Source: a virus. From it: DNA of 39,246 nt. Each line of letters starts with the position of its first letter. The first letter of the stretch is position 1. A model generated the notes under the pieces. That model was not told the DNA's origin. It made no database searches and worked only from the letters and a program-made list of their open reading frames with translations. The position numbers were made by a program, and so were the translations under genes. Of the stretch, positions 6,892-17,291 are shown piece after piece. The stretch is from the IMG/VR virus record IMGVR_UViG_3300045988_059661. One strand, written 5' to 3'.

Positions 6892-7911
6892 CTATACCCT
6901 TTCGTACTTAATGCCGACAATGTCAACAATGGCGGTGTTTTGGTTGTTAACGGCTAATAATGTATTCGTCGATACTATCCCGGAGCGTCCGAGTGCTGCC
7001 GTCTGTACTCTCGGATTGATTTGCCATATGTTGTTGTTATTCGGCCCTATATCAATCGGGCCGGGTTGACTCATAAGATAATCCAACACGCATACGTCAT
7101 ATTCTTTAATGCTTCGATACGTTCCGGTATCGGTAGTGCTTATGATGAGAATCTTATCAAACGTTGTGAAATCTTCTGACAGATAAATATCGCCCCGATG
7201 AAAATCGTACCCGGTAGCGTCACCGCTATATGCGGTAATCCCGGTTTGCGAATTTACGGCATCTCGCACGTCAACCCCATTATTAAGGCGTTTCATTCGT
7301 TCCCAATCGATAATTGACTTCATAACTAACGGCATGTTGTGGCCGCCAACAATATCAATAACACTCGACTTAAACGCTATAAAATCGGCCTTATCGGCCT
7401 TCTTGTCGAATTGCTTCTTGTGTGCGTCCGTGGCTTCGTCGTGCGTTTTTATTTCCTGTCGCACTTCATCGGCCGATAATCCCTCGGTAACTGTGCCGTC
7501 GACGGTTACATTTTCGGCATTAGAATATCCGAATGCCACTGTAAGCGTGTGCCGTGTTTCGCCGTTAGCTCCCATGACCGGCAATGTCGCCGGCGTGTCG
7601 TCTGTCATAGCTGAAAACAGTACCAACTGTGCATCGGCATTTCTTACATAAAATCCAATTTCACGCAGCGTAATCGCATCTTGAGTGCCTCGGTTCGATA
7701 CTCTAAACCGTACCTTACAATCGACTCCGTCTTGAATAACGCTGATAATATCGGCCTTTATCTTCTTATGGCCCAGGTCTGTTGCCTGTTCAATGTCACT
7801 AACAGCCCCGTCGCCGAACCATATTTCCTCGATTTTCAGCTTCATTTTGTTGGCCAATAACTCGGCGTGAATCTTTTTCCCGGCATTGGTCAGTTTCGCT
7901 TCGCTCCACAT
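6892..7911 (-). CDS. Tail fibre / XkdV-like receptor-binding protein (putative)
   Basis: 339-aa ORF after the XkdU-like gene; AAAGGAG RBS; Thr/Asn-rich C-terminus. Confidence 0.55.
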   Translation of the reverse strand: MWSEAKLTNAGKKIHAELLANKMKLKIEEIWFGDGAVSDIEQATDLGHKKIKADIISVIQDGVDCKVRFRVSNRGTQDAITLREIGFYVRNADAQLVLFSAMTDDTPATLPVMGANGETRHTLTVAFGYSNAENVTVDGTVTEGLSADEVRQEIKTHDEATDAHKKQFDKKADKADFIAFKSSVIDIVGGHNMPLVMKSIIDWERMKRLNNGVDVRDAVNSQTGITAYSGDATGYDFHRGDIYLSEDFTTFDKILIISTTDTGTYRSIKEYDVCVLDYLMSQPGPIDIGPNNNNIWQINPRVQTAALGRSGIVSTNTLLAVNNQNTAIVDIVGIKYERV

Positions 7912-7933
7912 ATTTTTTGCTCCTTTCTATCCC

Positions 7934-8545
7934 TTATACGGTTTCGAGTGCCAAGCGGCCGCCGTAATAAACCCGTTCCCGGATTTCATTCATTCGGTTA
8001 ATCGATATATCCTCGTTCACGCTTTCGGCCACGACACGACCGCCGAAGTAAATTGTTTCAGTACTCGACTGTTCGCTTTGTGACTTCAGGATTAAATTCT
8101 TCGGGATAATCGGTTCGGCCCAGTCGTATATTTCTTGTACTCGATTGGCCACTTCTCTTGACAACGTAAACCATATTTCGTATTTATCGCCGTTGATTTC
8201 GGGTAATACATTCCCGATGCCGAATTGGTCGTCCAAGAGTTCTTGCAGCTTTTTAAGCGTGTACGGTCTACTGCCCCCAAGTAACGTCATGATGCGGTCA
8301 CGCCGTACCTCGACCGTGTCATTGACTCCGGGTAGAACGTCAAAAATCGCTTCCCATTGCTCCAGGCCGTACCCTGTTGCGGTGCTTATGTACTGGTTGA
8401 TGAGAATATCGCACATCGCATCCCATAATGCCCTGAATTCGGGATTTTCAATTCGCATAATTTCCTGAACGTCGAGGCTGTCACGACTTACCGGCGTAAG
8501 GTATCTCGATATATCAACATTACGTTCCAAATTCACGTTATGCAC
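7934..8545 (-). CDS. XkdU-like tail protein (DUF2313-type)
   Basis: Position after baseplate J; overlaps its stop. Confidence 0.55.
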   Translation of the reverse strand: MHNVNLERNVDISRYLTPVSRDSLDVQEIMRIENPEFRALWDAMCDILINQYISTATGYGLEQWEAIFDVLPGVNDTVEVRRDRIMTLLGGSRPYTLKKLQELLDDQFGIGNVLPEINGDKYEIWFTLSREVANRVQEIYDWAEPIIPKNLILKSQSEQSSTETIYFGGRVVAESVNEDISINRMNEIRERVYYGGRLALETV

Positions 8546-9620
8546 CCACTTTCGTGAGTTCTAGCGTTCCTAGTACCGGGACCGCTTCTGCACCCACGCC
8601 CGTATTCTCTTCCAGGCCTCTGACCCTAACGCTTGTTACGTCGACAACTCCGGGAATATTCAATAACGACATCAGAATATAAGCCGGTCTGACGGTCGTT
8701 CCCTCCGTGTCGGACTTCTTGCCCCAGGCGGCCCGCTCTTTAGCGAAATACTCTTTAATGGCCTTTTCTGCCACGGGCTTTACATCTTCAATGCTGACCC
8801 CTTTTCCGAGTATTACGGATGCGGATACCGGAATGGGCGTTGCCGTCACCGCCTTGACCGTGACCGTGTGACCAATCGGAGCAAGTCCGTACCCCTTTCC
8901 TTGCGGAGTCGGGTCCATGACTTCTTGAACTTCCTTAACGAGCCCCTCGTCGGGCACTTCGTACTCGGTATTAATAATCACGAGTTTAACCGTACCGCCG
9001 CCATTCCAACAGCGGAACACCTTCACGCCGCCAACGCCAGGGATTGCAAGCGTTTTTTCTTTATAGTCCGCTCCGTTTCCTCCGTAGGCTTTTGACTTCA
9101 AGGCCTCGAAATACCGTTCCCTGAACGTTTTCGTATCTTCTTCATCTTCGCCAGGCGTAATGACTTTTACGATTTTGGCACTCGTTAGGCCGTTAACGGG
9201 AATAATCGGCGTAATATCTCCGATTGTTGTATTGCCGCCTCGGCCAAGCTGTTCACATTTCATCTTATATGTATGGTCGTTGTCATCGACAAGCTCCGTT
9301 ACGATAAAGTTATAATTACCGGAGTTGAACCGGGTATATAGCGGCACCGGAATATCGAATTGACCAAGCACCTTGGCCGGCGTAGCCGCTTCCGGATAAA
9401 TGTTAAACTCGGCCGCTCGGAGCGTTAAAAACTCCCTGTCCGCTGTCGTGGCGAACGTCTGTCGGAGTATAACCCTGGCCATAATATACGCCTCGGCCAA
9501 CTCCAGGGCGGCCGGTGCTGTCGCATCGTAAATAATCGACCCCTCTCGTTTATCGAAAGTAGATCTGACTCGGGCTAACATTCTTTTTTCGATTTTGTCG
9601 AAGGTCATGTTTTCGTACAT
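8538..9620 (-). CDS. Baseplate J-like protein (XkdT-like)
   Basis: 360 aa; Baseplate_J-type N-terminus; AAGGGGG RBS. Confidence 0.8.
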   Translation of the reverse strand: MYENMTFDKIEKRMLARVRSTFDKREGSIIYDATAPAALELAEAYIMARVILRQTFATTADREFLTLRAAEFNIYPEAATPAKVLGQFDIPVPLYTRFNSGNYNFIVTELVDDNDHTYKMKCEQLGRGGNTTIGDITPIIPVNGLTSAKIVKVITPGEDEEDTKTFRERYFEALKSKAYGGNGADYKEKTLAIPGVGGVKVFRCWNGGGTVKLVIINTEYEVPDEGLVKEVQEVMDPTPQGKGYGLAPIGHTVTVKAVTATPIPVSASVILGKGVSIEDVKPVAEKAIKEYFAKERAAWGKKSDTEGTTVRPAYILMSLLNIPGVVDVTSVRVRGLEENTGVGAEAVPVLGTLELTKVGA

Positions 9621-10073
9621 TTAAACGCTCACCCCCTTTGTGATATTCTCGAGCGTTCCGAATATCGTTTCCACGTCGAACCTCGCAAATACATCTCCGT
9701 CGTCATGGCTAAACTCGAATCCCGTAACTGATATGATTCTGTCGTCGGCTTCAAGTGCTTCCGTGATGCGACGTTGCAACTCGGCGTAAACGTACGGTAT
9801 CGGCTGTCCGAATAAGTCTTCCAACTCGATGCCGTAATTCCACGAGTAAATCGGATACCGGTATCGCTCTGTACTTAATATCTTGAATACGGCTAACTTC
9901 ATAGCCTTTAATCCGTCTGTAAAGCCGTTTATTTGCCCGTCGGCCTCGAACTCAACGTTATACGTATATGAAGGCTGACGGGTCTGTATAATCTCCGGCG
10001 AACCTTGCGTTGTCGAAGTCGGTAATAATTCGTTCGCTATTTTGTTGTGCACCCCCTGTCGGGATTGTACCAA
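9621..10073 (-). CDS. XkdS-like baseplate protein (DUF2634, gp25/W-like); start uncertain (TTG 10073 or GTG 10052)
   Basis: YTYNVEFEADGQI…TERYRYPIYSWNYGIELEDL pattern. Confidence 0.55.
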   Translation of the reverse strand: MVQSRQGVHNKIANELLPTSTTQGSPEIIQTRQPSYTYNVEFEADGQINGFTDGLKAMKLAVFKILSTERYRYPIYSWNYGIELEDLFGQPIPYVYAELQRRITEALEADDRIISVTGFEFSHDDGDVFARFDVETIFGTLENITKGVSV

Positions 10074-10450
10074 CGGTCAAGGGCGATATATCTTTGGCCG
10101 CCACTTTCACGTAATAAAATGACCTTGTCGCCAAGGACAAGGCCGTTATGAACTAAGAATTTTTTGCGTCCTACATACCCGTGATGATGCGGAGCGTAAG
10201 CGGCATCGCCACTGCCTCCGCTTGCATCTTCCGTGATATGGTCAACGCTCATCTCTATCGTATGTTCGCATGTGTTTTTCGTCAGTAATATATTCGATTC
10301 CGGGATTGTAATTTTTTGGTCGACGGTAATTGCCAACGGGTCCACGCCTGTAACTTCTCCGACGAGAATGTCTGACATATCAAGGTCGGAAAGCGTATTG
10401 ACGACGATGCCCTTCATCGCATCTACAATGCGATTGTAATCGTTATGCAT
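10037..10450 (-). CDS. XkdR-like tail protein (DUF2577)
   Basis: 137 aa; GGGGG RBS; synteny. Confidence 0.5.
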   Translation of the reverse strand: MHNDYNRIVDAMKGIVVNTLSDLDMSDILVGEVTGVDPLAITVDQKITIPESNILLTKNTCEHTIEMSVDHITEDASGGSGDAAYAPHHHGYVGRKKFLVHNGLVLGDKVILLRESGGQRYIALDRWYNPDRGCTTK

Positions 10451-12013
10451 TTACGTCGCCCCCATTCGTATAACCTTCGTCGGATACTCGCCGTTGCCCC
10501 AAGCGTAAGCGGCATCGCCGTAATGCATGGCGTATCCTTTACTCGAAGAATTGCCAAAGCAACCGCCTGCACCGTCCGCAATAACGACATGGTCATCGTC
10601 GCCGTATATCAATAAGTCGCCTTTATTAGCGTACCCGTTGAACGACTCTGTAACGTATCCCTTCGCCTCCAGATTCCCTCGAAGGGTCGGTACGGATGCG
10701 GTACCTTTGTTATATTCGTCCGCAAGGTCCTTGTTATACCATGAACCGGCTGCACACACCGTATCCGCACATCCGACGGAACCATACGGACTGACCCGTC
10801 CGTCGTTCATGGAAAATGCCGTATCGACCTGTGCCGCTGTACCGCTTCCCGTGGCCATACCGCCGATACCCATATGCCGTGCCTCCGACTTCTTCTGTGC
10901 CGCCTGTATCTTCTTCACGGCTTCCGCATCTTCGTTCTTTGTGACCTCTGTCTTGCGTTCTTCTTCGTAAGTCACGAACAAATCGAGGTCCATTAAATGA
11001 ACCCCCGTCTTGAACGTGTGCGTGACTGACTCAACCATTATGTACTGATTGATATTCACATCGCCGAAGTCTTTGTTGACATACAATAAAGAACCTCCAC
11101 GAACTCGAATATCCCCGATAACGCCTTTCAGTCGTATATCTCGGGTCTTTCTGTTCTTCAACTTTAGCATGTTCGCCGCTCGCTTAACGGCATCCACATC
11201 TTTGGCATCGGGAACCAATACGCATTGAAGGCGGCCCCATTCCTCGATATGTTCCTTGTCCATTTCGACGTATGTGTTCTTTAGGACTTTCCGTTCGCCG
11301 TCGGGAACAGTACGATAAACCTTTATCATGTCGTATGTGTCCTTGTCGATAGAAGTCTTATAATCGACATCCGTCATGCAGTCATCATCGATATATATAT
11401 CGGTCTTCATTCCTTCCGTGACCGATTTCAACATTAGCTGACCGCCGTCGTCGTACAGTTGGTAATATTTTTGAGTCTGTATGGTCGTGAGGTCCAAGGC
11501 CCTTTGGATAATATCGGCGAGGGTCTTATCCTTCTCAATGCGTTGCGGTTTGGCCGGGAATTTATATACCGTGTTGTCGATTTCCCCGACTTTCAGTCCG
11601 AAGTCCTCGGCAATGTTCTTGATAAGGTCCGTGGCGGTAATATCTCCGTATACATAACAATCCTTGTTCTTTAAGTACCGTAACTGGTCGTAGGCCGTCA
11701 CGGAGATAATCGCTGACTTGTCCCGGACCTTCTCGAATACCGTTCCCACGAACACCAATTCGCCGTTTACTTTAAACTCAATGTGATTGCCTTCTGTGAA
11801 GTCCAGTATGTCATCTTTCGGGATTTTCAGCGTGAGTTTCGACGGCTCACAATCAATGCCCCTGGTCAGTTGAACATCGTCAAGTACGTCGCATAAAAAC
11901 GTCTTGTCCTTATTCGTAATGACGCATTGATACTCCAAAGGTACGGGCATCGGGTACTTTGTAAGTACCCGACCTGACTTTTTCGGCTCTTCCTTTTTCT
12001 GTTCGTCTGCCAT
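10451..12013 (-). CDS. XkdQ-like tail/baseplate hub protein with a C-terminal extension of about 130 aa (possible cell-wall hydrolase)
   Basis: 520 aa; C-terminus Cys/His/Gly-rich (…GCADTVCAAG…GDLLIYGDDDHVVIADGAGG…), reminiscent of CHAP/NlpC-type enzymes. Confidence 0.6.
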   Translation of the reverse strand: MADEQKKEEPKKSGRVLTKYPMPVPLEYQCVITNKDKTFLCDVLDDVQLTRGIDCEPSKLTLKIPKDDILDFTEGNHIEFKVNGELVFVGTVFEKVRDKSAIISVTAYDQLRYLKNKDCYVYGDITATDLIKNIAEDFGLKVGEIDNTVYKFPAKPQRIEKDKTLADIIQRALDLTTIQTQKYYQLYDDGGQLMLKSVTEGMKTDIYIDDDCMTDVDYKTSIDKDTYDMIKVYRTVPDGERKVLKNTYVEMDKEHIEEWGRLQCVLVPDAKDVDAVKRAANMLKLKNRKTRDIRLKGVIGDIRVRGGSLLYVNKDFGDVNINQYIMVESVTHTFKTGVHLMDLDLFVTYEEERKTEVTKNEDAEAVKKIQAAQKKSEARHMGIGGMATGSGTAAQVDTAFSMNDGRVSPYGSVGCADTVCAAGSWYNKDLADEYNKGTASVPTLRGNLEAKGYVTESFNGYANKGDLLIYGDDDHVVIADGAGGCFGNSSSKGYAMHYGDAAYAWGNGEYPTKVIRMGAT

Positions 12014-12714
12014 TACGTCATTCGACCCCCGTTCTGTACCTTCTCGGCGAGTGATTCGTCTTTTAATTTAATCAGCTGTCCGTAAGTCAGAAGGGCCGGA
12101 ACAGCGATTTTATTTAAGGCGGCTATGGCGAATAAGTTATCCGGATTACCGAGTTGAGTCCGTACAACCTGTTGAAGTGTTGCCCCGAATCCACTCTTTA
12201 CGGACTTCGGTACTTCCTTGCCCGTTGTCGGCCTATCGCCTTGTACCGTTCCCGTGACCTTTCCGTTTTCGTCCGTCGTGACCTCGATGCGTTTCGCTCC
12301 CCAGTCCTTCCATTTCTTTAATTTTATGTTCGCATACATGTCGAACCCTTCGTCGGCCGAATCTTCAAGAGTCCAATCCTCGAGAGTGCATTTCATGTTG
12401 TTCATTCCAAGCATCGAGCCTTTCGGACTCATACGAACCATAATGAACTGTATAACGCCTTTCTTCTTTATCTTCTCCAATTCATCGAGGTAGTATTTCG
12501 CCTTACGGCCCTTAAACAGCGTCGACTGATTGAACGGGTAGTTACTGTTAGGCAACATGAATTTGAAGCTGACTTCTGTAAGTCCGGGCGGCTTAATGAT
12601 ATTGACTTCACCCTTGCCGATAAGGTCTATTGTTTCATTCTTCCCGGCGATAGTCGTCGTCATTTCGGCCGGCGGTATCGGTATCTCCATTCTGTCAAGG
12701 TACATGTAATACAC
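12013..12714 (-). CDS. LysM-domain tail protein (XkdP-like)
   Basis: C-terminal LysM-like segment ATLQQVVRTQLGNPDNLFAIAALNKIAVPALLTYGQLIKL; GTG start overlaps the tape-measure stop. Confidence 0.7.
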   Translation of the reverse strand: MYYMYLDRMEIPIPPAEMTTTIAGKNETIDLIGKGEVNIIKPPGLTEVSFKFMLPNSNYPFNQSTLFKGRKAKYYLDELEKIKKKGVIQFIMVRMSPKGSMLGMNNMKCTLEDWTLEDSADEGFDMYANIKLKKWKDWGAKRIEVTTDENGKVTGTVQGDRPTTGKEVPKSVKSGFGATLQQVVRTQLGNPDNLFAIAALNKIAVPALLTYGQLIKLKDESLAEKVQNGGRMT

Positions 12715-14771
12715 TAGATACCGACCCCCTGTCTTTGTCCGTTCACGGCCTGTTCGATACCCTTCCGAAGATCCGATACGAATCCGTCCATATCGGTATC
12801 GTTGCTGATTGTTACGTCGTTACTGATATTTACGACCGTGTTTTGTTTCGTGAATTTACTTAATGCTGAACGGACGGCTGCATCTCGCAGCTCTTTAATT
12901 TCCGTTTCCGTCATGTCGACTTTATCGGCGATTCGCTTCGTGTTGTCGGCGGTTTGTTTGGCGTTTTTCGCCGCATCTTTACCGCCACTTCCTCCGGCCG
13001 CTCCGTCCTTCCCGGCACCGCTTTCAATCTTCGATGCATCATATTCGCCAGGATTGGAAATATCGGGTGTTTTTAACATATCTCCGATGCGGTCACCAAT
13101 CCCGTCGCCAATTTCGTACCCGGTTTGAGCGAAGTCTGAAATGTTCCCGTATTCCATTTTCTGTGCGACCGTAACCTCACCGCCGGAAACAGCGAAATGC
13201 TCGGCCTGTAACACGTTTTCTCCGATATGGTCAATCGCACCGCCAATAACGGACTTTATACCGGGAATGTTCCCGATAAGGTCAATAATGGCATTTACGG
13301 CTGCCTTTACGTATCCGACGACGCCGTTCCATATATCAATGAACAGATTGGCAACGGCCGCCAACGGGTCACGAAATACGTTAGCGAAGAAATTTGCCAA
13401 GGCCGCAAAAATATTCCACACGAATACAACCGTGTTGTATATTACGCCGCCCAAAATTCCGAACAAGCCTCCAACAAGGCCCGTAACGGATATGGACGTA
13501 TCCGCAAAATAATTAAACACGTCAACGGCCAAGAACACCAACGCTACAATGGCAACGATACCGGCAATAATCCAGGTTATCGGGCATTCTGCAAGGGCCA
13601 CGTTCAACCCGTCTTGTGCGACAGTCAACGCACGGATTGCCGCCGTTTCCGCAAAGTCCGCAATTGTCTTAGCTATTGTTGCCGCAGCCGCCGCCCCCAT
13701 GGCGAACGCACTCGATGCAAGCGGAATCACTAACGCCGTAATCGCTCCGGCTAGTACCACGGCCGCAATCTTCAACGCAACCATATGATTACGCACGAAG
13801 TTGGCCATGCCGCTAAAGGCCCATACAATCGTATTGATAGCCGCATTAACGCCACGAACGATAATCCAAAATACGGGTGCTAACGCTTCTAATGCCTCGG
13901 CTATTCCTTCCACGGCTTGCCGAACAGCATCACTATTCGCCAATTGCGAAATACCTTCAAATACAGGCGTGAACGCTTTTAACGCTCTATTCTGTATCAT
14001 CGTAAAATGGTCGCCCCAACGCTTCGGCATCGTTTCGAATTGTGCGTTGATTTCTTCCATATTCTCGCCGATAGCCTTCTTAATAACCTCGGCGGTAACT
14101 TTACCCTCGGCGGCTAACTGTTTAAGTTCTCCACGGCTTACGCCCATGGTTTTGGCGATTATGTTCTCGATAAGCGGTGCGTTTTCGGCAATGCTTCGGA
14201 ATTCATCACCTTGTAATTGCCCGGAGGCCATGCCTTGTGTTAACTGCAACATGGCGTTCTTTTGGGCCTCCTTGCTACTGCCGCCGATAACAAACAGCTT
14301 TTGAACGCCTTCCATAAAGTCGACCGCTTCCCTCGGGTCGGGAAAAGCATCATGGGCCGACATAGCTAGTTGTGATACGGCGTTAGCCATATCTAAATAG
14401 CCGCCCCTAGCTTTTTGTGCCGACTGATAAATGCGTTCATTCAGAATAATAGCGTTCTGCTGACTACCCGTAACTAAATTCATACGAGCTTGTATCCCGG
14501 CGTATTCTTCGGCCGTTCCCATAAGCGACGAGATGCCGTTCTGTATGGTGGATAATGCTGTCGTTACCGCACTAGCCGCTAAACTACCAATCATCATTTG
14601 GAACGCACCGCCCATGCGTTCACTTAAAGCCGTTGAACCGCTCGCAACCTTCTTCATGCGGTCGCTTAGGTTATTCATACCATTTGATGCTTTTCGGGTA
14701 GCCTGTGCCGCCCTGTCCATTGCGTCGGGAATGTTCGTCGACAGCTTTATGTAATTATTAATGGTTGCCAT
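12714..14771 (-). CDS. Tail tape measure protein
   Basis: 685 aa; Ala/Gly-rich helical with hydrophobic central segments; directly downstream of the chaperone frameshift pair. Confidence 0.9.
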   Translation of the reverse strand: MATINNYIKLSTNIPDAMDRAAQATRKASNGMNNLSDRMKKVASGSTALSERMGGAFQMMIGSLAASAVTTALSTIQNGISSLMGTAEEYAGIQARMNLVTGSQQNAIILNERIYQSAQKARGGYLDMANAVSQLAMSAHDAFPDPREAVDFMEGVQKLFVIGGSSKEAQKNAMLQLTQGMASGQLQGDEFRSIAENAPLIENIIAKTMGVSRGELKQLAAEGKVTAEVIKKAIGENMEEINAQFETMPKRWGDHFTMIQNRALKAFTPVFEGISQLANSDAVRQAVEGIAEALEALAPVFWIIVRGVNAAINTIVWAFSGMANFVRNHMVALKIAAVVLAGAITALVIPLASSAFAMGAAAAATIAKTIADFAETAAIRALTVAQDGLNVALAECPITWIIAGIVAIVALVFLAVDVFNYFADTSISVTGLVGGLFGILGGVIYNTVVFVWNIFAALANFFANVFRDPLAAVANLFIDIWNGVVGYVKAAVNAIIDLIGNIPGIKSVIGGAIDHIGENVLQAEHFAVSGGEVTVAQKMEYGNISDFAQTGYEIGDGIGDRIGDMLKTPDISNPGEYDASKIESGAGKDGAAGGSGGKDAAKNAKQTADNTKRIADKVDMTETEIKELRDAAVRSALSKFTKQNTVVNISNDVTISNDTDMDGFVSDLRKGIEQAVNGQRQGVGI

Positions 14772-14774
14772 GTG

Positions 14775-14957
14775 CTACCCCTTCCCGATTTTAGCCATTT
14801 CCGCTTTCTCAGCCTGTACGTGATAATTCATAAAGGCGATTACGGCGGCTTTTTCGTTTTCATCCATGCTGACGAACGCCCTCGGCCTGATGCCGTACTT
14901 CACAAAGGCCAAGTAGGCAAACGAGGTTTCCGGGTCGTCCGTCTTTATCAGTTTTTT
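14775..14957 (-). CDS. -1 frameshift extension of the tail assembly chaperone (XkdO/GT-like), 59 codons
   Basis: -1 frame is open from the slippery site to the TAG at 14775-14777, 3 nt before the tape-measure ATG. Confidence 0.6.
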   Translation of the reverse strand, partial: KKLIKTDDPETSFAYLAFVKYGIRPRAFVSMDENEKAAVIAFMNYHVQAEKAEMAKIGKG

Positions 14958-15376
14958 ACTTCTTTGATTTTGTCGTCGAGGCCGACTTTAAATCCTTGTG
15001 CCTCGGATACGGCACTGGCCAAATCTGCATATTCGCCGGGTAATAACATGACTTTCAACAGTTCGCCCGGGTCATTAGCTCCCCATGAATTTTGTAATTC
15101 TACTTCGTCGAGAGTCGGATATACGATAGTTTCGGTAATCAGATCCGAATTAAACCCTTCGTTATCGAATCGTTCTTTATATTCACGGGTACCCGGTACA
15201 AGTACCTTTTTAGTGTGACGGTCACGGATTCTATCGAGTTCTTTAGTCGTCAGCACTTTGATTTTCCACTCAATCGGCTTGCCGTTTTCATCCTTAAAGC
15301 GGTCGGACGCTACATACCCAACTTCGCTTTCGATTTTTACGTTTTCTTTCAAAAACGCACTGAAATTTTCTGCCAT
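14948..15376 (-). CDS. Tail assembly chaperone (XkdN-like)
   Basis: 142 aa; between the tube and tape-measure genes; AAAGGGG RBS. Confidence 0.75.
   Translation of the reverse strand: MAENFSAFLKENVKIESEVGYVASDRFKDENGKPIEWKIKVLTTKELDRIRDRHTKKVLVPGTREYKERFDNEGFNSDLITETIVYPTLDEVELQNSWGANDPGELLKVMLLPGEYADLASAVSEAQGFKVGLDDKIKEVKN
14951..14957 (-). promoter_or_regulatory. Programmed -1 ribosomal frameshift slippery heptamer A_AAA_AAC
   Basis: Minus strand …GTA AAA AAC TGA; canonical X_XXY_YYZ site, 3 nt before the chaperone stop. Confidence 0.6.
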
Positions 15377-15424
15377 TCTTTTTGCCCCTTTCGTTCACAT
15401 ATAAAAAGAAAAGGAATGAAGGCC

Positions 15425-15907
15425 CTATGCCTTCATTCCGTCCAATTCCTTAAACTTCGTGGCCCATTTTACGTCCTCGAACGTAAAATTGATTTCATCT
15501 TCGAGCCATTCTCCGTCTGCGTTGAAGTTAGCGACGGTACCTTCGTCGATATTGCATCCCTTCAAGATAACCGTTTGTGACCCGGCGTGACTGGTCGGGT
15601 CTTCGTTCGTTACTTGCATATCGAAATACGTATCCGTGCCGCTCTTCATCATGTTTTCAATCATATCGTCGAAAATCGACGTGTTCTTGTAAATCGTCAG
15701 CTTGCCGCTTCCTTCAAGCGACGTAGATTTGTTGCCCTTCATCATCCGGCCCAGGATTGCCACTTGCTTTTTGTTCTTTTTTACAGTGGCCTTTAAGTCT
15801 TTGGCCTGGAACAATAATTTACGAGTGCTGCCAACGATTATATAACAATTGGCCAATTTGGCACTGATTACGTCGGCCGCTTCCATTGTTCTGATTGCAT
15901 CCGGCAT
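15425..15907 (-). CDS. Tail tube protein (XkdM-like)
   Basis: 160 aa, immediately downstream of the sheath gene; AGGAGGG RBS. Confidence 0.75.
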   Translation of the reverse strand: MPDAIRTMEAADVISAKLANCYIIVGSTRKLLFQAKDLKATVKKNKKQVAILGRMMKGNKSTSLEGSGKLTIYKNTSIFDDMIENMMKSGTDTYFDMQVTNEDPTSHAGSQTVILKGCNIDEGTVANFNADGEWLEDEINFTFEDVKWATKFKELDGMKA

Positions 15908-15920
15908 TGTGTTCCCTCCT

Positions 15921-17276
15921 TTACGCTACGACGACGGTCATGTACAGTTTTTCCATGGAAACCGTCGGCTGTAATTGAACATCGACCAAAACATCTTCCT
16001 TGTTATCGCCTTGCGACGGAATAGGAATATCTTTATCGTCGAAATTCTGAATCGCACGCACACGCTGATATTCTTCGGCTAAATAAACCAAGTCAGCCCA
16101 TAATGCTTTGCGGCCGTCTTCATCGTTTTGTACTTTATCGAGATACGTCTTATTGAATAAGCGTGCCGCATCGATAGCCCAGTTATCGAGTACCCGGATA
16201 ACCTGATTAAGTGAAAAATCACGGCTTTTTTCTTTCGTAAATTCTGTGAAGGTGTTGATGTCTTTCAGTACTCGGACTTCGCCCGTGACGTTACCGCCTA
16301 CAGAATCCGTTACGGAATGGAACATAAACATGCCGTTCTTAATAGCCTGTTCCAACTCGAATTGCTTGTACTTCGTGTTAATCGTGTACTCGCCTGTGTA
16401 CTTGCGGTTGCCGACCGTTTCATTGATTGCACACGACGCTTCTTGTCCGGTTACCCAGTATACGGCACTGCCTTTTTCCGCTCCGCTGTCTGTAACGTCA
16501 TTGAGTACCGATATAACGCCTTCATCATTAACGCCCTGTTTACCGTGGATAACTAATTGGAATTTTGCCCCCGTCTGTACTCTGCACCGATGCGTGAAGT
16601 TGATTAAAAGGCCCTTGATAGCGTCATCCGAACCGGCATAGCCAAGCACATTGAAATAATACGGCTCAAGCATTTCCAGGCCGTCTTGATAGTTCTGTGT
16701 CGTAACGGCTGCTCCGTTCGTACCGCCTGTAAGGGCCGTGTAAGCAGTAGCCGCCAATGTAGCAGCTTTCTCGAATTTCAAATACTCATTGTCGACAAGG
16801 TCCGCAGCCGTCTTTACGCCCGACTGTTTCGCTACTGCCTGACGATTGTTATCTGTCGTCATGTACGTTGTGACGATAAAAGCTCCGGAATTATCCGGAT
16901 CTGACTGTACCGAAACCCCCAGGGCATTACCTCTAATACCCGCATATTTCGCTTTGGCAAGCGTGCAAGATGCGACAGCACCGTCACTATTAAGACGATA
17001 GAAATACCCCGTTTTAAGGCCCGTAAATAAATCTCTAAGGCCTTTCATTTTCGGATGCGTGTAGTCATAGCCAAAATACTGCATACAATTCTTTTGGAAT
17101 TCATCTGCATCGACTCTGAATACCATACCCGACGGGCCGTAGTCTAATTCGAGCATCATTGCCCCGAACCCTCGGTCGGATACTTCTGCCGATGCTCGTA
17201 TTTTCGATACGAAATTAATATACGTACCCGGTAAAACTTTATTATGGAACAAGAACGTTCCGCCGCCTAATGCCAT
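15921..17276 (-). CDS. Contractile tail sheath protein (XkdK-like)
   Basis: 451 aa; sheath-family N-terminus; AGGAGGG RBS. Confidence 0.85.
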   Translation of the reverse strand: MALGGGTFLFHNKVLPGTYINFVSKIRASAEVSDRGFGAMMLELDYGPSGMVFRVDADEFQKNCMQYFGYDYTHPKMKGLRDLFTGLKTGYFYRLNSDGAVASCTLAKAKYAGIRGNALGVSVQSDPDNSGAFIVTTYMTTDNNRQAVAKQSGVKTAADLVDNEYLKFEKAATLAATAYTALTGGTNGAAVTTQNYQDGLEMLEPYYFNVLGYAGSDDAIKGLLINFTHRCRVQTGAKFQLVIHGKQGVNDEGVISVLNDVTDSGAEKGSAVYWVTGQEASCAINETVGNRKYTGEYTINTKYKQFELEQAIKNGMFMFHSVTDSVGGNVTGEVRVLKDINTFTEFTKEKSRDFSLNQVIRVLDNWAIDAARLFNKTYLDKVQNDEDGRKALWADLVYLAEEYQRVRAIQNFDDKDIPIPSQGDNKEDVLVDVQLQPTVSMEKLYMTVVVA

Positions 17277-17291
17277 TACGCTGTTCCCTCC

